A stretch of DNA of 46,281 nucleotides from Planctomycetota bacterium (GTDB lineage Bacteria > Planctomycetota > Phycisphaerae > UBA1845). The stretch spans positions 1 through 46,281 of the forward strand of contig JADFPW010000001.1 of NCBI GenBank assembly GCA_022562105.1. Direction: 5' to 3'. A program made the translations under genes and the position numbers. The notes under the pieces are model-generated. The model ran no database searches, was not told the origin of the DNA, and saw nothing but the letters and a program-made list of their open reading frames with translations. Of the stretch, positions 15,729 to 27,755 are shown one piece after another. Each line of letters begins with the position of its first letter. The first letter of the stretch is position 1.

Positions 15729-18700
15729 TCACGCCGGTCCCACGGTGAAATACTTGGCCTCGGGGTGATGACAGATCAGGGCGGTGGTGGACTGCTCCGG
15801 TTCGAGTTGGAACTCCTCTGAAATGGTCACTCCGATGCGCTCGGGATTGAGCAGGGGCCAAAGCTTCAACTGATCCTCCAAGCGCGGGCAGGCCGGGTAT
15901 CCAAAACTGTACCGCGACCCCTGATACCTCTGCTGGAACAGCCGCTGAATCTCGCGGGCGTCCGCGTCGGCAATTCCCAGCTCCACGCGGATCTGTTTGT
16001 GGATGAACTCAGCCAACGCCTCGGCGGACTCGACGCCCAGCCCATGAAGATGCAGGTAGTCCTGATACCGATCGGCTTGAAACCACTCGTGGGCCACTTC
16101 GCTGACCCGGCGCCCCATGGTCACCAGGGAGAACGCCACCACGTCCATCTCCCCACTGGATACCGGCCGAAAGAAATCGCTGATGCACCAGTAGGGTGCC
16201 TTGCGCCGACGCGGAAACTCGAAACGGACCAATTCTCGGCTTCGATCGTCGACATCGAAGACGATCAGCTCGTCGCCGTCCGACTGGGCGGGCCAGTAGC
16301 CGTAGATGGTCTGCGGTTGAAGTAGCTTTTCGGCCCGGCAGCGCTGCACGAGCTTGCGATAGATGGGTCGCACTTCGTCGTTGACGTAGCGATTGTACTG
16401 GGCCCGTGATCGGCCGGCCTTTTTATACTGCCATTGTACCTGAAACAGCATGTTCTCGTTCAGGAAGCCGAGCACAGCCGAGATATCGAGGCGTTCGACG
16501 ACCCGGGCCCCCCAAAACGGCGGCTCGGGGATGGGCACGTCCCGAGCGATGTCGGATCGAGCGGGCGTGGGAACGGGGGCTTCGATGCGATCGATGGACG
16601 GCGCCGGCGGATCAGGTTCGTCCGGCGGGCCACCAGATGCAACGGCTGCTGCCGGGGTCACGACTTGCGCGCGGGTCGCCGACTTGACGGAGACTCCCGG
16701 TGTGTCAGCCTCCCCGGCGACGATCTGTTTCATCAGCGTCAAACCATCGAACGCATCCTTGGCGTAGAACAGCGGGCCGCGATACTCGGGCACTAAATCC
16801 TGCTCGACATACTTGCGGGTCAGGGCTGCTCCCCCGAGCATGACCGCCGGGGTCAGCCCGCGCTCGTTCAGGACGGCCAGGTTTTCGCGCATCACCACCG
16901 TCGACTTGACCAGCAGGCCGGACATGCCGATGACGTCCGCCCCGGTCTTCTCGTAGGCCTCGATGATGCTGGCGATCGGTTGCTTGATGCCCAGGTTGTG
17001 GACCGTGTACCCGTTGTTGGTCAGGATGATGTCCACCAGATTCTTGCCGATGTCGTGGACGTCGCCGCGAACGGTGGCCAATACGATGCTGCCCCGGTCC
17101 GATTGCTCGGACTTGTCCATGTACGGTTCCAGGAAAGCCACCGCCGACTTCATCGCTTCGGCGCTCTTGAGCACGAAGGGCAATTGCATCTGCCCGGCTC
17201 CGAAGAGGTCGCCCACCGTCTTCATGCCGTCCAGTAGCAGCTCGTTGACGATGTCCAGCGGGCGATAGGTGCCCATGGCTTCGGTGAGATCGGCCTCGAG
17301 CTGCGTGCGATCGCCGTCGATGATGGCTTGTTTGAGTCGCTCCTCGACCGTGGTCGGTTTGGTTTCGGTTTTCGATTCGACGTCCGAGTGATCGACGAAC
17401 AGCTCCATGTACCGCTCGAGCGGCTCATAGCCTTCGCGTCGTCGATCGAAGATCAGGTCTTCGGCCGTCGTTCGCTGCTCGTCGTCGATCTTGAACAGGG
17501 GCACGATTCCGCCGGCGTGCAGGATGGCGGCGTCCAACCCGTGTTCGCGGGCATAGTGCAGGAACACGCTGTTCAGCACGCGGCGCAGCGGAGGTTTGAG
17601 TCCGAAGCTGATGTTGGACAGACCCAGGACGGTGTGCACCCCGGGCAGTTCCTCCTTGACCCGCCGCATACCCTCCAACGTCTCCATGCCCAGACGCCGA
17701 TCGTCTGCGTTCCCCGTACAGATGGTAAACGTGAGACAATCGAAGATCAGATCCTCCGGGGCGATGCCGTGGCGGTTGACCACCAGGTCGTAGATGCGCT
17801 TGGCCACCACGACCTTCTGATCCGCGGTCTTGGCCATCCCCTCCTCGTCGATGGTCAACGCCACCAGGGCAGCCCCGTAGCGTCGGGCTAGCTTGCAGAC
17901 CGTATCGAGTCTCTCCTCGCCGTCCTCCAGGTTGATGGAGTTGATGATCGACTTGCCCCCCAGCAGTTTGAGGGCGTCGTCCAGGACATCGACCTCGGTG
18001 CTGTCGATCACCAGCGGCACGGTGATTTCGGTCGAAAGGCGCTGAATGACTTCGTGCATGTCGCGGCGTTCGTCGCGCCCGACGTACGCGGCGCAAACGT
18101 CCAACGCGTGACTGCCCTTGCTCACCTGCTCCTTGGCCAGCTTGACGATGCCGTCGTAGTCCTCAGCCGCCAGCATTTCGCGGAACTTCTTGCTCCCGTT
18201 GGCGTTGGTTCGCTCGCCGATGGACAGGATGTCGCTCTCTTGCCGCAAGGTGACCGACTGGTAGATGCTGCTCACCGACGGCTCGTGGGTCACCCGACGA
18301 CGCTTCGGAGATCGAGTGCCGACCGCATCGACCACCGCGGCCAAATGCTCGGGCGTGGTCCCGCAGCACCCGCCGACCGCGTTGAGCCCGTCCTGATCAA
18401 TGAACTCCACCAGCCAGCGGGCCAACTCCGCCGGCGTCAGGGGATAATACAACTGACCCTCGACCAATTGCGGCAGACCGGCGTTAGGCTGAACCAGCAG
18501 CATGCGGTCGCAGTGTGAACTCAGATAGCGAATGTGCTCGCTCATCTCTTGCGGCCCGGTGGCGCAGTTCAGGCCGATCACCTTGACGCTGGGGTAGGCT
18601 TCAAGTGCAGCGACGGCGGCACCGATCTCCGTCCCCACCAGCATGGTGCCGGTGGTCTCGATGGTCACGGTGACCATGATGGGCACGGTTCGGCCGCACT

Positions 18701-19235
18701 CGGCCATGGCTTGCTCGGCGGAGACGATGGCGGTCTTGGATTGCAGGATGTCTTGACACGTTTCGATCAGAAACGCATCGACGCCGCCGTCCATGAGCCC
18801 GCGACACTGTTCGGTGTAGCTGTCCACCAACGTGTCCCAGTCGGTATGACGCAGGGTGGGCAGCTTGGTCCCCGGCCCGATCGAACCGATCACGAACCGT
18901 GGCTTGGCGGGCGTATCGAACGATTCAGCGGCGCTTCGGGCGATCTCGGCGGCTTGGCAATTGATTCGCCGGGTTTCGCTTTCCAGCCCAAACTCGTCCA
19001 GCAGCAGTTTTGTGGCCCCGAACGTGTTCGTCTCGATCGCGTCGCACCCGACGGCCAGGAAGCCGCGGTGAATGTCGCCGATGACGTCGGGCCGAGTCTG
19101 GGTCAGGACTTCGATGCAGTTCTCCAGATCCCGGTAGTCCGATAGAGGCAGGTCTCGGGCGTGGCATTGCGTACCCATCGCCCCATCGAAAACCAGAACC
19201 CGCTCCTTCAATGTGTCCAGTAGCTTCGACTGCAT
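15729..19235 (-). CDS. metH: cobalamin-dependent methionine synthase
   Basis: 1168 aa. Contains the Hcy-methyltransferase, pterin-binding and B12-binding (GDVHDIGKN) modules, plus the C-terminal AdoMet activation domain. Confidence 0.97.
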   Translation of the reverse strand: MQSKLLDTLKERVLVFDGAMGTQCHARDLPLSDYRDLENCIEVLTQTRPDVIGDIHRGFLAVGCDAIETNTFGATKLLLDEFGLESETRRINCQAAEIARSAAESFDTPAKPRFVIGSIGPGTKLPTLRHTDWDTLVDSYTEQCRGLMDGGVDAFLIETCQDILQSKTAIVSAEQAMAECGRTVPIMVTVTIETTGTMLVGTEIGAAVAALEAYPSVKVIGLNCATGPQEMSEHIRYLSSHCDRMLLVQPNAGLPQLVEGQLYYPLTPAELARWLVEFIDQDGLNAVGGCCGTTPEHLAAVVDAVGTRSPKRRRVTHEPSVSSIYQSVTLRQESDILSIGERTNANGSKKFREMLAAEDYDGIVKLAKEQVSKGSHALDVCAAYVGRDERRDMHEVIQRLSTEITVPLVIDSTEVDVLDDALKLLGGKSIINSINLEDGEERLDTVCKLARRYGAALVALTIDEEGMAKTADQKVVVAKRIYDLVVNRHGIAPEDLIFDCLTFTICTGNADDRRLGMETLEGMRRVKEELPGVHTVLGLSNISFGLKPPLRRVLNSVFLHYAREHGLDAAILHAGGIVPLFKIDDEQRTTAEDLIFDRRREGYEPLERYMELFVDHSDVESKTETKPTTVEERLKQAIIDGDRTQLEADLTEAMGTYRPLDIVNELLLDGMKTVGDLFGAGQMQLPFVLKSAEAMKSAVAFLEPYMDKSEQSDRGSIVLATVRGDVHDIGKNLVDIILTNNGYTVHNLGIKQPIASIIEAYEKTGADVIGMSGLLVKSTVVMRENLAVLNERGLTPAVMLGGAALTRKYVEQDLVPEYRGPLFYAKDAFDGLTLMKQIVAGEADTPGVSVKSATRAQVVTPAAAVASGGPPDEPDPPAPSIDRIEAPVPTPARSDIARDVPIPEPPFWGARVVERLDISAVLGFLNENMLFQVQWQYKKAGRSRAQYNRYVNDEVRPIYRKLVQRCRAEKLLQPQTIYGYWPAQSDGDELIVFDVDDRSRELVRFEFPRRRKAPYWCISDFFRPVSSGEMDVVAFSLVTMGRRVSEVAHEWFQADRYQDYLHLHGLGVESAEALAEFIHKQIRVELGIADADAREIQRLFQQRYQGSRYSFGYPACPRLEDQLKLWPLLNPERIGVTISEEFQLEPEQSTTALICHHPEAKYFTVGPA

Positions 19236-19373
19236 CTTGTTCTTCCGACGAACTTTCGGCCGATGAACTCCATCGACAGCCCCTCATGCTGGATTATAGT
19301 AGATTCTATTGAGAAACCACTACCGAGCCGTCCGCAACGGACGGACCGGCAGGAGCGCAGACTGGCGAGACAA

Positions 19374-19925
19374 ATGACTACTCATCCGCCCAGCGATTCT
19401 ACTCCGGTCGATGACGCCGCAGCCGATCGTCCCCTACGTCAGCGTCTCATACTACTCATCGGCGGCTTGGGCCCGTTGGGTAGAGCGCCGGCCTCAGGCA
19501 CGGTGACCGTCGCCCTGTTGGGTATTCCCGTCTTCGTCCTGGCGTCGCCGCTGGTTCTTGGCGTGCCGCTATGGGCCTACCTGACCGCCCTGGTACTCCT
19601 AACCGGGCTGGCCATCTGGATCCACGACGTTGGAGATCGGATTCTCGGCGAAAAGGACAGCCGCCGTCTGGTGCTCGATGAACTGGTCGGCTACTTCATC
19701 GCCATGATCGCGGTCTCGCCGACCTGGCAACTGATCGCTCTGGGCTTCTTCCTCGAACGGGCGATTGACATCGCCAAAGTCCCCGGCGCTCGCCAAATCG
19801 AGCGCCGCGTCCCCGGCGGATGGGGCGTGGTCGGTGACGACATCATTGCCGGGCTCTACACCTTGGGAATCCTTCACCTGCTCATGTGGGCAGCGCCCGC
19901 CGCCATGGGATGCGCCTCCGGTTGA
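19374..19925 (+). CDS. pgpA: phosphatidylglycerophosphatase A
   Basis: 183 aa from the internal ATG (MTTHPP...). Motifs GTVTVALLGIPV, DELVGYFIAM and WGVVGDDIIAGLYT. The ORF could start at 19263. Confidence 0.8.
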   Translation: MTTHPPSDSTPVDDAAADRPLRQRLILLIGGLGPLGRAPASGTVTVALLGIPVFVLASPLVLGVPLWAYLTALVLLTGLAIWIHDVGDRILGEKDSRRLVLDELVGYFIAMIAVSPTWQLIALGFFLERAIDIAKVPGARQIERRVPGGWGVVGDDIIAGLYTLGILHLLMWAAPAAMGCASG

Positions 19926-20058
19926 TAGGATGCACGATCCATCGGCTTTGGAATCCCAACAGCCGACCGCGTTGACACTGCCCGGTCGGCTCGATACGCT
20001 CCCGCAGCTCGGTCAATGCAGCAGGTTTCTTCAAACGATCAACTAAGGCGAGAGAACC

Positions 20059-21372
<1,314 letters not shown>

Positions 21373-21395
21373 TGCTTCGTCAGGCGCACTTTGAT

Positions 21396-21469
21396 GGGTG
21401 GCACGGTCTGGTACTCCAGGCCGTGGCGGTCAAAAGGACCACGGCCTGGAGTACCAGACCGTGCCACCC
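21396..21469. repeat. REP-like palindrome, family A (perfect 31-bp arms, 12-nt loop)
   Basis: GGGTGGCACGGTCTGGTACTCCAGGCCGTGG-cggtcaaaagga-CCACGGCCTGGAGTACCAGACCGTGCCACCC. Lies between the convergent icd and 21502..23397 genes. Confidence 0.9.
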
Positions 21470-21501
21470 AACCCGTCATTCAGTTCGTCCGAATTGAGCT
21501 G

Positions 21502-23397
21502 CTAGTCGCACGCCCCGAACCGAGCCATGACGAATCCCGAATCGAGCGGATTGACGCTACCGTCGAAGTTCTGATCGGCGGCGTCGCACTCCGGATCGCC
21601 GGCGCCCACGTCGCAGCCGAAGTGGGCCAGCACCAGCCCGACATCGAGCGGATCGACCGTGCCGTCGCCATTGGCGTCACCGAAACAAGGCAGCGGACAC
21701 TCTGCGAAAAGGGGGATTTCTTCCGGAATACTCCATGCCAGGGCAAACAGGAAGAAGTCGGCGCAGTCCACGTCCCAGTCGTCGTTGAAGTCGGCCACCG
21801 TACACCATGGATTGACATAGAGCGGCGGTTCGCAGGGACCATCACCGCAGGAATCCGTATAGCAATCTACGAAGTGCTCAAAATCGTCCGCATCCACCTG
21901 GCCATCGTCGTGAAAGTCGCCGTCGGGTGGATACAACTCGAGCATGCTTCCAGGAGTCAGATCCCGTCCAGCGAGCCCCGCATAATCCGGCGAATAGCGC
22001 AGCATTTTGAATATCTTGTTCAGCAACGTATCCGGCTGAGGCGGATGCACGGGCATGACATCGCCCTGGTTTATCGGCCCGCCGGGCTTGACGGGGCTGG
22101 TGTACGTCCACACGGTCTCTCCCGCCGTGTTGACCTCGAAGAGCGTCCCGGTGTCGGCCTTGTCGATTAGCGTGTTACCGTTGGGAAGGCGCTTGGCGTT
22201 GCCGCCGGGTGTGAAGAAATCGTCTACCGGCTCGGCCATGTAGCTCCAGGTCGGCGCCGTCGGGCCATACGCCTCGCCGGCACCCAGCTCCGGATAGTTG
22301 CCCGCTTTGTCGACCGGGATCACCATCTCGTCGATCGAACTGTAGTGGTCCGGCTCCTCGAACAACCGCCGCGTGTTCATGACGATCACATTGCCCTCGC
22401 CGGGAAGTCCGGGTTCGATCCAGGTAGCGTGGTGCGGGCTTCCCAGTCGGTGATGCTCGCCGCCGCCGCTACGGTAGGCCTGTGGATTCCCCCAACGATA
22501 GAGGATATCTCCGCCGTGGCCCCGGATTCCGCCGGTGTGCCCGGCTGCTTCTTCGGTGGTCGTGCTGTGATCGAGAATGAAGAACTCGTCCGTACCGGTA
22601 ACGCTGAGGATGATCTGGTCGAACTCGGCGTGGTAGTCGATCCCGTTGGAGTGCAACCAGTCGGCGCCCGCCCCTCGCTTGACCATGTTCCGGGCACCGA
22701 AACCTTCGGAGGTGGGATTGGCGAAGTAGTTGATGTCGAGAAGCTCGGGGTGGTCCTCGACGACTCCGAAATTGTCCTTCGTGGCATCGAAATCCTGGAT
22801 GAGATGGTCCCAGACATGCCATTCCCAGACAATCTCGCCGCCCACGGCCCCAGCGGGTTCGACCTCGATGATGTGATCCGGATACAGCTCACCATCGATC
22901 AGTGATTTCGGATCGCGCCCCGCTGTTACGCTAGCGTCAAACGACTTGTATTCCCACGCGATCATGAGAATATTTCCGTTGGGGAGTAGTTCCATGTCGT
23001 GGTGCAGCAGGTACTGGTCGCTCGAGTACTCGAACTCCCACAAGACCGTGCTGTCCCAATCCAGTATTTGTACGTATCCGCCGGCTCCAGCGGGCGGGAA
23101 AGTGGGGTTGGAGTCGGGCCCCGGAAACGCCGGGCGCAGCAGGGTTCCGTCCTCGAGGAGATAGGCGGACTTGCCCGGCTTGTCCGCTGCTGACCAGGAG
23201 TGAATCAGCCTGCCGTAAATGTCGATCAGGTACGTTTCGGTGTACAGCATGGGCGTAAACAGCGTGTAGCCTTCATACGATGCCGGATCGTAATGCATCA
23301 AGCCCACGGTTTGTTCAAGCTCTTCCGCCCAAGTCGGCGCCGACACGACAAGAATCAGCAATACGCCCGACATGGTACGCACATTTCTTCGGAACAT
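21502..23397 (-). CDS. arylsulfotransferase (ASST)-like beta-propeller protein with C-terminal dockerin/EF-hand-like repeats
   Basis: 631 aa with a signal peptide. N-terminal pattern YEGYTLFTP...TYLIDIYGRLIHSW, plus HSNGIDY and LPNGNTLI. C-terminal GDANGDGTVDPLDVG and DQNFDGSVNPLDSG. Strong SD (AAGGAGGAG) upstream. Confidence 0.7.
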   Translation of the reverse strand: MFRRNVRTMSGVLLILVVSAPTWAEELEQTVGLMHYDPASYEGYTLFTPMLYTETYLIDIYGRLIHSWSAADKPGKSAYLLEDGTLLRPAFPGPDSNPTFPPAGAGGYVQILDWDSTVLWEFEYSSDQYLLHHDMELLPNGNILMIAWEYKSFDASVTAGRDPKSLIDGELYPDHIIEVEPAGAVGGEIVWEWHVWDHLIQDFDATKDNFGVVEDHPELLDINYFANPTSEGFGARNMVKRGAGADWLHSNGIDYHAEFDQIILSVTGTDEFFILDHSTTTEEAAGHTGGIRGHGGDILYRWGNPQAYRSGGGEHHRLGSPHHATWIEPGLPGEGNVIVMNTRRLFEEPDHYSSIDEMVIPVDKAGNYPELGAGEAYGPTAPTWSYMAEPVDDFFTPGGNAKRLPNGNTLIDKADTGTLFEVNTAGETVWTYTSPVKPGGPINQGDVMPVHPPQPDTLLNKIFKMLRYSPDYAGLAGRDLTPGSMLELYPPDGDFHDDGQVDADDFEHFVDCYTDSCGDGPCEPPLYVNPWCTVADFNDDWDVDCADFFLFALAWSIPEEIPLFAECPLPCFGDANGDGTVDPLDVGLVLAHFGCDVGAGDPECDAADQNFDGSVNPLDSGFVMARFGACD

Positions 23398-23876
23398 CGT
23401 TCTCCTCCTTTGCTTTGGTTGGTTGAGACATCAACTTGGGATACGACAGTTTTGGCGTGCTTCAAACCGGTTGAATCGTGAAGTGGTCGCAGGAAGACGG
23501 CCCGCCCAACACCGAAAGGTAGCTCGCGGCGTGGACTCCGTGAGACTGTCGTCGTTCGGTCAACGGATGATGCTAGCTTGGTGCGATCCGGATGCTCCGC
23601 CACGGTAGGCGCACCGCGCCGGGTGCAAATGGGCGTCTGCTCTGTTTGCGAGCGGTTCGTGGTTTATACCCCTTCCGCCGTCCAGATCCGAGGCCTTGGA
23701 CTCTTGGTAGGCTCCAGACCGAAGTGTACCCCTCACCCTATCGGATTTGCCCCGCGGGATCAAGTCCGAAGTAGATCTACCCGGCGATCCCGTCGCATCG
23801 AGAGCGCCCTCAATCAAGGCAGGGGGCTCGCCTCACCGCGTCGAGTAGCTCGGGTCTTGACCTTCGACGCCGTCTA

Positions 23877-24737
23877 CTACGCCGAAGGAGCGGGTTTGGT
23901 GGCGGTGACGCGGACGCTGGCGGCGTAGTCGTTGACGTTGTACTTGCTTAGAATAGTGGACTGCGCAGGGGAGGCATGCGGCTCACAGCTTTCCGCGTCG
24001 TCGGTCCCGCCGCAGCAGCAGGAGGTGGACGAGCCGCCTTCGCCGGTCAGTTTGCCGTAGGCGTTCAGGTCGGCACCGGTGTCTTCCACCTTCACCTCGA
24101 CGAAGCCGGCGCGACGGAGACCGCTGACGTACTCATCGATCCCGATCGCTCCCGCGATGCAGCCGACGTAGGCTTCAACGTCTGTCCGCAGATCCTCGGG
24201 CAGTTCCTGCTTCAACGCGATGTCGCTGACCGCCAGCCGCCCGCCGGGCTTGAGGATGCGAAACACCTCGGCGAACGCCCGATCCTTGTCCGGCACCAGG
24301 TTCAGCACGCAGTTGCTCAGGATGCAATCGGTGGAACCGTCGTCCAGGGGGAGATCCTCAATCTCCGCGAGATGAAACTCGACGTTGGTCACGCCCGCCT
24401 GGGCAGCGTTGCGCTCGGCCCGGTCGATCATGTCCTGGGTCATGTCGATGCCGATGACTCGGCCCGTCTCGCCGACCGCCTTGGCCGCTAGAAAAACATC
24501 CAGCCCACCGCCGCACCCCAGATCGACCACCACCTCGCCCGGCTTCAGGGACGCCATGGCTGTCGGATTGCCGCACGACAATGCCATGTTCGCCTCGGCC
24601 GGGATCGAAGCCAGTTGCAACTCGCTGTAGCCGAACGATGTGGCGATGTCTTTGACGGTGTCGTTCTGGTTGCTCAGCGATCCGCGAGCGACTTGGCCGT
24701 ACTTGTCTTTGACTGCGTCTTTCAACGGGTCGCTCAT
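23877..24737 (-). CDS. arsM: arsenite S-adenosylmethionine methyltransferase-like
   Basis: 286 aa from [20 protein letters not shown] motif [11 protein letters not shown]. Also [14 protein letters not shown] and YVGCIAGA. Cys-rich C-terminus. Confidence 0.85.
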   Translation of the reverse strand: MSDPLKDAVKDKYGQVARGSLSNQNDTVKDIATSFGYSELQLASIPAEANMALSCGNPTAMASLKPGEVVVDLGCGGGLDVFLAAKAVGETGRVIGIDMTQDMIDRAERNAAQAGVTNVEFHLAEIEDLPLDDGSTDCILSNCVLNLVPDKDRAFAEVFRILKPGGRLAVSDIALKQELPEDLRTDVEAYVGCIAGAIGIDEYVSGLRRAGFVEVKVEDTGADLNAYGKLTGEGGSSTSCCCGGTDDAESCEPHASPAQSTILSKYNVNDYAASVRVTATKPAPSA

Positions 24738-24810
24738 GGGATGAATCCTAGATCCGAATGCGCTGGTCACGCCTATCGACGCTTGCCAGGTCAGCGAAAC
24801 ACACCCCAAG

Positions 24811-24832
24811 CCCATGGATCGCAATCCATGGG
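24811..24832. repeat. small palindromic repeat, family E (inverted copy)
   Basis: CCCATGGAT-CGCA-ATCCATGGG. Its flanks match the copy at 4742-4763 when reverse-complemented. Confidence 0.6.
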
Positions 24833-24877
24833 TCCGCCTTCGGTGCAACTCCGCGAGGGTACGTGCGGCGGCGCGCG

Positions 24878-26173
24878 TTAGTCCAGCGACGCGGGCGTGC
24901 GCGGACCGATGCGGATCACCGCCACCACCTCACCCATCGATCGATAGCTTTCTTCCATCCCGCTGCGTGTGTGGACCGACCTCAAACCAGTCGGCGCCCC
25001 AACGGTATAGGAAACGAGGTTGAGGTAGTTGACCGTGCCCCAACTGAACAGGTACGGAAATGCGATCGCCCGGCGCGGATTGGTCACCCCAAAGACCTCG
25101 CGCCATCGGGCCGGGCCGAGCGTTTGTCGCGCCCGGGCGATTTCATTGACCGGGTTGCGGAATCGCTGGGTCATCGACGGCGTGGCCACGATCATCTCGC
25201 CGCTGCGGCTCAGCACATTCACACTGCCCAGGATGGATCGCAGAGCGCTGCGTTCTTCACGCAGCAATTCGAGCGGCCGGTCGAGCATGGCCAACTCTTC
25301 GGAGTACCTGCGCACCTGGTCGTCGGCCTCGCTGAATCGCGCCCAATGGTATCGCTCGGGGCCGACCCAGAGCTGATAGAACGCCATGTCGCTGGAGGGG
25401 ATGTCCTGTCCCCAGCCCTGGTCCGACGCGAAGAACGCGTTACGACGCCGCTCGGCACGCTTGGCGTCCCAATAGTCCTCCTGAGTCGCCAGGCGCCCTT
25501 CGAGATCCTCGATCCTGCGGATCTCCCGGTCGATCATGGCCACCCGGTCATCGATGGCGGCCAGGTTGGCGACGAAGACCACCTTGGTCACCACGTCGCC
25601 GGCGGCCGCTCGAGCCAGATCCTCCTCGCTCAGCACCGACCGAAGATCGCCACCCGGGTTGATCGACAGAGAGGTGTAGCGAAGGAAGTTCTGGGCTCGG
25701 TCGCTGGTCGGCGCTCGAACGAGTATCTCGCCTCCGAGACGCTGGTTACGCCAGGCCATGTCGTACTCGAATTCGTACCGGCCCGGGATCAACGTGTATT
25801 TGGTGAAGTCGCCGACGGGCTGGCCGTTGAGTATCCGGTCGTGTGTGTGGTTCCAGACGAAGATGCCCACTTCCCCGATCAGGCGCAACCCTCTCAGGGG
25901 AGTGAAGTTGGCTGTCGTTTCGCTAACGCCGGAGCCACCGCCCGTCTCGCCCGGGTTGTTTTGTGCGTTGGCCGACGAGGGGGTATAGAAGCGAACCTCC
26001 AGACCCGGATCCCAGACCGCCGTATTGGGCAACCATCCGGGCGGAGTCATGCAGGCGGTTTGGCCGACCAAACAGGCAATCGCCGTAATGCCCAACCAGA
26101 ATCGGTAGCCCGAGTGACCGTTTTGCCTCGCCCACGACGCGAAGCCCGCAGAGGCCGGGAGTGAACAAGTCAT
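24878..26173 (-). CDS. hypothetical lipoprotein
   Basis: 431 aa. N-terminus with WLGITAIACLVGQTAC (lipobox-like). Balanced composition. The opposite-strand 468-aa ORF is Arg/Gly/His-rich shadow sequence. Confidence 0.55.
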   Translation of the reverse strand: MTCSLPASAGFASWARQNGHSGYRFWLGITAIACLVGQTACMTPPGWLPNTAVWDPGLEVRFYTPSSANAQNNPGETGGGSGVSETTANFTPLRGLRLIGEVGIFVWNHTHDRILNGQPVGDFTKYTLIPGRYEFEYDMAWRNQRLGGEILVRAPTSDRAQNFLRYTSLSINPGGDLRSVLSEEDLARAAAGDVVTKVVFVANLAAIDDRVAMIDREIRRIEDLEGRLATQEDYWDAKRAERRRNAFFASDQGWGQDIPSSDMAFYQLWVGPERYHWARFSEADDQVRRYSEELAMLDRPLELLREERSALRSILGSVNVLSRSGEMIVATPSMTQRFRNPVNEIARARQTLGPARWREVFGVTNPRRAIAFPYLFSWGTVNYLNLVSYTVGAPTGLRSVHTRSGMEESYRSMGEVVAVIRIGPRTPASLD

Positions 26174-26368
26174 CGCCTATAGCATCCTTTCCAGAGGGAA
26201 CCGCTCTGTTGGCTATTCTGTCGCGGGCGAGTCTCCGAAGCACGGCAGAACCGCCACTGCGCACCGACCCGGAGCGGTTTCGGGTCGTAGCTGCGCCGCT
26301 GGGGAACACTAGCAGATCGGCCGGCGAGTGGCAAGGCGGCCTGTCGCGGGCTCCGCCGCCCGTTCGAG

Positions 26369-27409
26369 CTACAGCATCCCAGCCGCCTGCAGGTCCGCGA
26401 TGGGCTCGGTGAAGCTGCAGCTACCGAACGAAATCGCCAGATTCGCCCGGGCGCTGCGGATCTCCTCGACCGTCACCCGAGCATCGCGCCACCCCAGCGT
26501 CCTGGGCTCGGCTGAGAAACTACCGACGGATTCGTCAGCCAGGAGACCCTGGAGGGCTTCCACTTGTAGCCAGGTGGGTTTGGGGAGGTCGGCTGAACGG
26601 TTGTCCTGGGCCTGGTTTCGATCACGGTGGGCCAAGGCTGCGGCCAGGAACATGTTCACGAAGCCGTGCATCCGGGTGCCGACATCGTTGGAATAGTGAC
26701 GGAAGGGGTGATGCAGGCCCGCAGTGGCCTTGAAGGGCACACCCTCCTCGGCGCACCGGGCGATCCAGCCGGCGACCTGTTCGATCGTCGGAAACTGATC
26801 GGCCTCCACGCCGCCGGTTCGGATCTTGGCCCCCAATGGTCCGCATCGCTCACCGTGCCATTGGCGATTGTGCTCCGCCAAGGCCGGGATGATCAGGTCG
26901 AGCGTCTTGGGCCAGGTGGTGTCCGCCGACCGACTGGAAAGTCGGTCCCACAGGGAGATTTCCAGAAACGGTTGGACGGCCTGGCTCGCCCCGCGCTCGA
27001 TAGTCTCGGCTGCCCGCCTCAACAGCGTTCGCAGGTCACCATCGTCCGCACCCTGGGCGACGACGGGCGGCAGCCGCACCTCGAACGCATCGACCCGCAC
27101 CCGGCCCGGGTGTCGTGTGACGAACGCGTCGATCAGCGCGAAATCCTCGGTAAGCCCGTCGTTGAACGAGTCGGCGTCTTCGCCTCCACGTCCGAGCACG
27201 GAAAACGACCATGGCTCACCATCGGCCAACAGAGATGCGTGCGGCGCAATGTCATCGAGCCTGCGAGCGGGACAAATGAATCGGCCGAGCATCCACGCAT
27301 GTTCGCAGCGACGATACTCGGCGTAGTTCTGCAGCGCCTCATCGAGCGGCAGCGTGGCCGGCGGGAAGAGGCCCGCATAATCGACGATCCCTTCCATCAG
27401 CGCCCGCAT
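26369..27409 (-). CDS. conserved hypothetical protein (unrecognised family)
   Basis: 346 aa from MRALMEGIVDYAGLFPPA. A TTG start at 27433, 7 nt after GGAAAGGA, is also possible. Distinctive KIRTGG...FKATAGLHHPFRH segment. Confidence 0.55.
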   Translation of the reverse strand: MRALMEGIVDYAGLFPPATLPLDEALQNYAEYRRCEHAWMLGRFICPARRLDDIAPHASLLADGEPWSFSVLGRGGEDADSFNDGLTEDFALIDAFVTRHPGRVRVDAFEVRLPPVVAQGADDGDLRTLLRRAAETIERGASQAVQPFLEISLWDRLSSRSADTTWPKTLDLIIPALAEHNRQWHGERCGPLGAKIRTGGVEADQFPTIEQVAGWIARCAEEGVPFKATAGLHHPFRHYSNDVGTRMHGFVNMFLAAALAHRDRNQAQDNRSADLPKPTWLQVEALQGLLADESVGSFSAEPRTLGWRDARVTVEEIRSARANLAISFGSCSFTEPIADLQAAGML

Positions 27410-27755
27410 GCTCGCGGTCGTTACGTTCGACAAGTGAGTTCCTTTCCTATAAAACCGCGGTGGCGGGCCCGCACGTCCACCCGGAGAAGTCGTCATCAGC
27501 CGCAAGGTAGCCATTTGAGACGCCTGCGGCCAGAACTCTTGACCGGCTGCCCAGCCATGCCGCACGCCCCAACCGGTTGGCCCCTGGCCCCCCTCTTCGC
27601 ATTGGACGCCGGGACTTGGGTCGATCATCGGGGGATCTCCTGGAGGCGCCGAATCAGGCTCGCGGGAGTGCCCGCACGACGAATATAATGGAACCGGACG
27701 CGAATACGCCCTCAGACGGCAAGGTCAAGGACGTCCAAGCTCGGAGGTTCCAGCG

